Assembly (NCBI GenBank): GCA_001662655.1
Contig: KV460209.1
DNA: 64,000 nt
Source: Pseudogymnoascus verrucosus
Taxonomy: Eukaryota
Strand: one strand, 5' to 3'
The stretch's first letter is position 1. Each line of letters opens with the position of its first letter. Under the pieces are notes generated by a model. That model made no database searches. It was not told where the DNA came from and saw nothing but the letters and a program-made list of their open reading frames with translations. Below are positions 60,227 through 64,000 of this stretch, piece after piece. The position numbers and the translations under genes were made by a program.

Positions 60227-61123
60227 ATGGCCATCCTCAAACTCGCAACCAAATGCCTCTTCCTTCTTTCTCTCACTCAGCCCTGGCATGGCTTCGCCGG
60301 TGCTGAGGTCTTGAAGCAAACGTGCATCAATCACTCATGCAGCGCCAAACGCGTTACCCTCTCAAACCCCCCCGTCAATCTTTGGGATGCTAACGTCATC
60401 ACCGGTTTTAACGCTCTCATGCTCAGCTTAAACAACCAGAATGAGACCAAAGTTGTGGTTTTCGACAGCGACACAGCTGATTTCTGGGCCGCCCCTATCG
60501 ACCTGAATATCTTCCTGCCAGATGCAATCCCAGGACGCAATTCTTCGGCTCTTTTGGAGATGTACTACGCAAACTTGGATCTTCTCTTGACAACCCCAGT
60601 CATTTTTATCGGCGAGGTCAATGGCCGAGCTTGGGGCGCTGGAGATGAACACCTGCTTCGAATGGACATGAGATTCGCCGGGCCAGGTGCACAATTTGGC
60701 GCCCCTGAGGCTGCTGTCGGACTTATTCATGTTGGTGGGATGCAGCAGCTAGTGAGGTTGATTGGTCCAGGCCGTGCGTCTGAGTACATGCTCGCCGCAG
60801 CGCAGGTCTCTGCTACCGAAGCAGCTCGTGTGGGATGGGTAAATTCCGTGCATCCTACCGCCAAGGCTCTTCGAGCACATGTTGATGGTTTGGCTGCGAG
60901 GATTTCGCTCTTTTCTACCGAGACAATTCGGGCCACCAAGGCTAGTATTGCCGAGCAGGCCCCTTTGAAGGCAGCCTTGGAAAATGATCGTGCTCGGTTT
61001 GATCAGTTGGCAGCGCTGCCACTGGTGCAGCAGAATGTGGAAGCCATTATCCGGCTGTCTCATAACCAGTCTAAATCTTGGGAAGAGAATAACAACGATA
61101 ACATTGTTCAAAAGCTCTACTGA
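60227..61123 (+). CDS. Enoyl-CoA hydratase/isomerase (crotonase) superfamily protein with an apparent signal peptide
   Basis: LSNPPVNL, KVVVFDS, VNGRAWGAG.E, DMRFA, FGAPEAAVG and LIGPGRASEY motifs; hydrophobic N-terminus; intronless. Confidence 0.88.
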   Translation: MAILKLATKCLFLLSLTQPWHGFAGAEVLKQTCINHSCSAKRVTLSNPPVNLWDANVITGFNALMLSLNNQNETKVVVFDSDTADFWAAPIDLNIFLPDAIPGRNSSALLEMYYANLDLLLTTPVIFIGEVNGRAWGAGDEHLLRMDMRFAGPGAQFGAPEAAVGLIHVGGMQQLVRLIGPGRASEYMLAAAQVSATEAARVGWVNSVHPTAKALRAHVDGLAARISLFSTETIRATKASIAEQAPLKAALENDRARFDQLAALPLVQQNVEAIIRLSHNQSKSWEENNNDNIVQKLY

Positions 61124-61347
61124 GCACTGTGGCCTAGGTGTATTTGGCGCTTCAGCACGTGGAGGAAACGGCTTTATCCTAGACTGATAGATAGACACCA
61201 ACTTGCTTTCTAAACCTAGACATCTGGGGTTTGGAGATTCAATTTAACATCCTTCAAGAAAAGGCGACGTTACACACATTGAGCAGCAGGCGTGAGATTG
61301 TGCTGTACCGCTTAACCTTCGCCGTACTTTGACTTATCTCGTTTTAT

Positions 61348-64000
61348 TCAAGCCTTATTAATGCTCTTATGGTCTTGTAGTTGCTGGACTATCCCCATAT
61401 GCCCCTTGCGAGCAGCGAGGCTTAAAGCCGACTCGCCACGGCCGTACACGTCCGGGTTAACACCCTTATGGGCAAGTAATAGCCTCACGACCCCTTCGTG
61501 TCCGTTCTCAGCAGCCCTTTGTAACGCAGTGGCTTTAAATGGCGAATCCTGAAAGTCTGGGACAATATTCTCGTGCGCAAGCAACAGCTCCACTACCACC
61601 TCGTGCCCTCCCTCAGCTGCATCTACAATCGGCGTCGTGTAAGTCTGCATGCTAAGGTTATTTACGTTAACGCCCTTTTGGGCAAGCAGTAGCCTTACTA
61701 CTTCTTCGTCCCCTCTTTGAGCGGCGCTGTGCAGAGGTGTGTAACCACCAAGCCCATCCTGGGTGTCTGTATTAATGCCGTCCTTGGCACATCTGGCAAG
61801 CAACAGCTTGATTACCGGTACATGCCCGTTGCTAATTGCAAACGATAGTGGTGTTTCCTCCCTTCTACCGCCCTTACGGTTTGGGTCAACCCCATCTATG
61901 TCAAGCAGCAGCTTCACTATTGGCAGATGTCCGTTCTCAGCTGCCAACGACAGAACAGACTGGCCGTAAGAGTCCATAGATTCTGGGCCGACACCCTCCT
62001 GGGCAAGCAACAGCCTCACAATCGCCTCATGGCCTTTTCCAGCAGCGAAATATAGAGATGTCACCCTTAGGCCAGTAAGCTTTGACGATGGGTCGACACC
62101 ATCTGTTGCAAGTAGCAACTTTACAACCGCTTCGTGCCCATTCTCAGCTGCGTAAGAAAGCGGTGTTCGCTCGTTGCTATCCTTTGCATCTGGACTCTGC
62201 CTGCCAACTAAAAACTGCACAGCTTTCTCGAGCCCAAAGTATGCCGCTAAATGTAGCCCCGTCATTTTTCGTGGTTGGTGAAGCCTAACTATGGCTATTT
62301 GGGTTATTACTCCATATAGTTGTGATTGACTCGCGGCCTCAACCTGATCTTGTTTGTCGAGGAAAGTGGCAACTTCTGGGATAAGTGTCGAATCCTCGCG
62401 AGCATGGAGCCCCCAATTATGTGCCGCGTAGCTGTAGAGCACATTATCCTCCTCCCGTTGTTGTAGTTGCTTGTCTTCTAGCCAAATTCCACTCCCAAAC
62501 TGTTCAAATGAGAGATATGTGCAGCATATTGCTGCCATATTGGTCTCTATTTGAGGAAACCATTTCCCTTGCGTCCGCTTGAAGTATTGCTGTGCTGTGT
62601 AGTGGACTAACCGGATGATACCGCTCTCTTCATCGATTGTAACCAACCCGGCGCATACAGAGACCATGTCTTCGACTGGACATATATTATCTTCGTCAAA
62701 TTCAAACGATTCTCGCTCGATAGCAAGTGCGACCTCAAGTTGAGATGTGGTAAGAGGTGTCTTTGCGCAAGTGATCCAATAGATAACCTGCACGGCAAGC
62801 TCCCTTTCGTCACTAATCTGACCTTCAATTCTCTCCATGGCATCCTCGTACGCCTTGTCATATGTCTCATCGTACGCTTGAAACCCGCTCGGCAAGTCTT
62901 CTAAAGCTTTCCGAATAGCCTTTGGTGACTTTTTGCCTTTTATCGCATCAAGGTAGAGCTTTGCAAGTAGGAACCTAGATGTAGATTAGAGTTATTTCTC
63001 CAGTATATGAGCATAACATACATTCCATCAACAGCATTCGCAATCCTCTTCTTTATCTCATCCTGTAGGTCTGGGCTCTGACGTACACACCTAGGGAGAC
63101 CTTGGATATGACCGTCGATGTATCTGCGTACATCGTCCGGGTGTGCAACGATCTCTCTCTGAATAGCATCCGTAAACCTTTCCCTGATTTCAGGGATAAA
63201 TCTCGACGTCGCAAATATGTTTATGCGTGTTTTACACTCAGCCTGGAGATTAAGGATGGCTTCCAAGAATTTTGTTCGGCCACTGTCGGATACTTGACAC
63301 TCATCTAGGGCGTCGACGATAATGAAGACCCTCGAATATATGGTTGTAGCCACCAACCTAAGACTGCTTAAAATTTCGGCAAAAGACATCTGCTTCTTTT
63401 CCCACTTATAGCGATTATAGAGGGTCTGCACATTATTCGGGATAGAACGCTGGCGTTGAATTAGCTGCTTCAGCAGGCTCGCTAGGAGCTCTTCGGCCCT
63501 CTGCTCGTGTTGCCGCCGGAAGTTACAATAAAGGTACGCAACGCCAATGCTCTTGTCATCCTGGAAGCGATTATTCAGCTCGTCAATTGCGACAGAGGTG
63601 AGTATCGTTTTCCCAGCTCCAGGCATACCAGGGCAAAACAATGTCTTGCTAGTCTCTACCCACTCTTTGAACTCGGGGGATTCCAAAAGCCACTTTCCAG
63701 TTCCTACATGCCGCCGATTAATAAAGTCGTTATGCTGAGGTCCATAGTTGAGTGGGGTAATCCAGTCAAGAACAACATCATGTTCTTTATGCCGTTCTTG
63801 ACTGTCTTGCCGCACATGCAACTGATCCAAGCTGGCTAGTATCCCTACAGATATTTGACTAAGATTTTTTAGTCAACTGCTCATCTTCAGAGGATATACT
63901 TAATTACCTGTCAAATTTCCCTTGAAATGCGTTCCAGAGGGTAACATTCACGATAATACGACTTCGAAGCTCCTTTATATCGTCCGGTTCCCATTTAAGT
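61348..64000 (-). CDS. Fungal NLR: NACHT NTPase plus ankyrin repeats (N-terminal effector domain lies beyond the window)
   Basis: Walker A GMPGAGKT, Walker B IIVDALDE, GMFLLAKL across intron 63021-62975, winged-helix LVHYTAQQYF, and about nine ANK repeats (AAENGHEAVVKLLL-like); a further intron near 63906-63847. Confidence 0.92.

Overview
Eukaryotic DNA from a filamentous ascomycete, probably a Leotiomycete (inferred from short GT-AG introns with CTAAC/CTGAC branch points and the gene content). About 30 genes can be reconstructed, several of them only by hand-splicing. The left and central parts are mostly housekeeping genes: mitochondrial ribosomal protein uL11m, Svf1, adenylosuccinate synthetase, cytoplasmic dynein heavy chain, Tom20, Exo84, PP2A catalytic subunit, AMMECR1 and URA5. 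Secreted CAZymes are interspersed (GH105, CE1, GH75, GH55, GH127/146). The most interesting segment is 5.9-9.8 kb. It holds a decayed AAA-ATPase remnant, an intronless ORF whose N-terminal domain aligns by eye with the CD38/ADP-ribosyl-cyclase (NADase) motifs and whose C-terminus is a histone-H1-like Lys/Pro-rich tail, and a six-exon divergent histone H4 variant with a hairpin-containing long intron. At 51.6-61.1 kb a Zn2Cys6 regulator is followed by three head-to-head gene pairs (NmrA / small unknown protein; GFA-Mss4 / isochorismatase; SNG1 / secreted crotonase), two of whose genes share an exact promoter motif. The window ends inside a NACHT-ankyrin NLR gene. Also present are a Mutator-derived DNA-binding protein and a gene broken by one in-frame TGA. 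No tRNA, rRNA, CRISPR array or intact transposon was recognised. All family calls come from motif recognition, not database searches.
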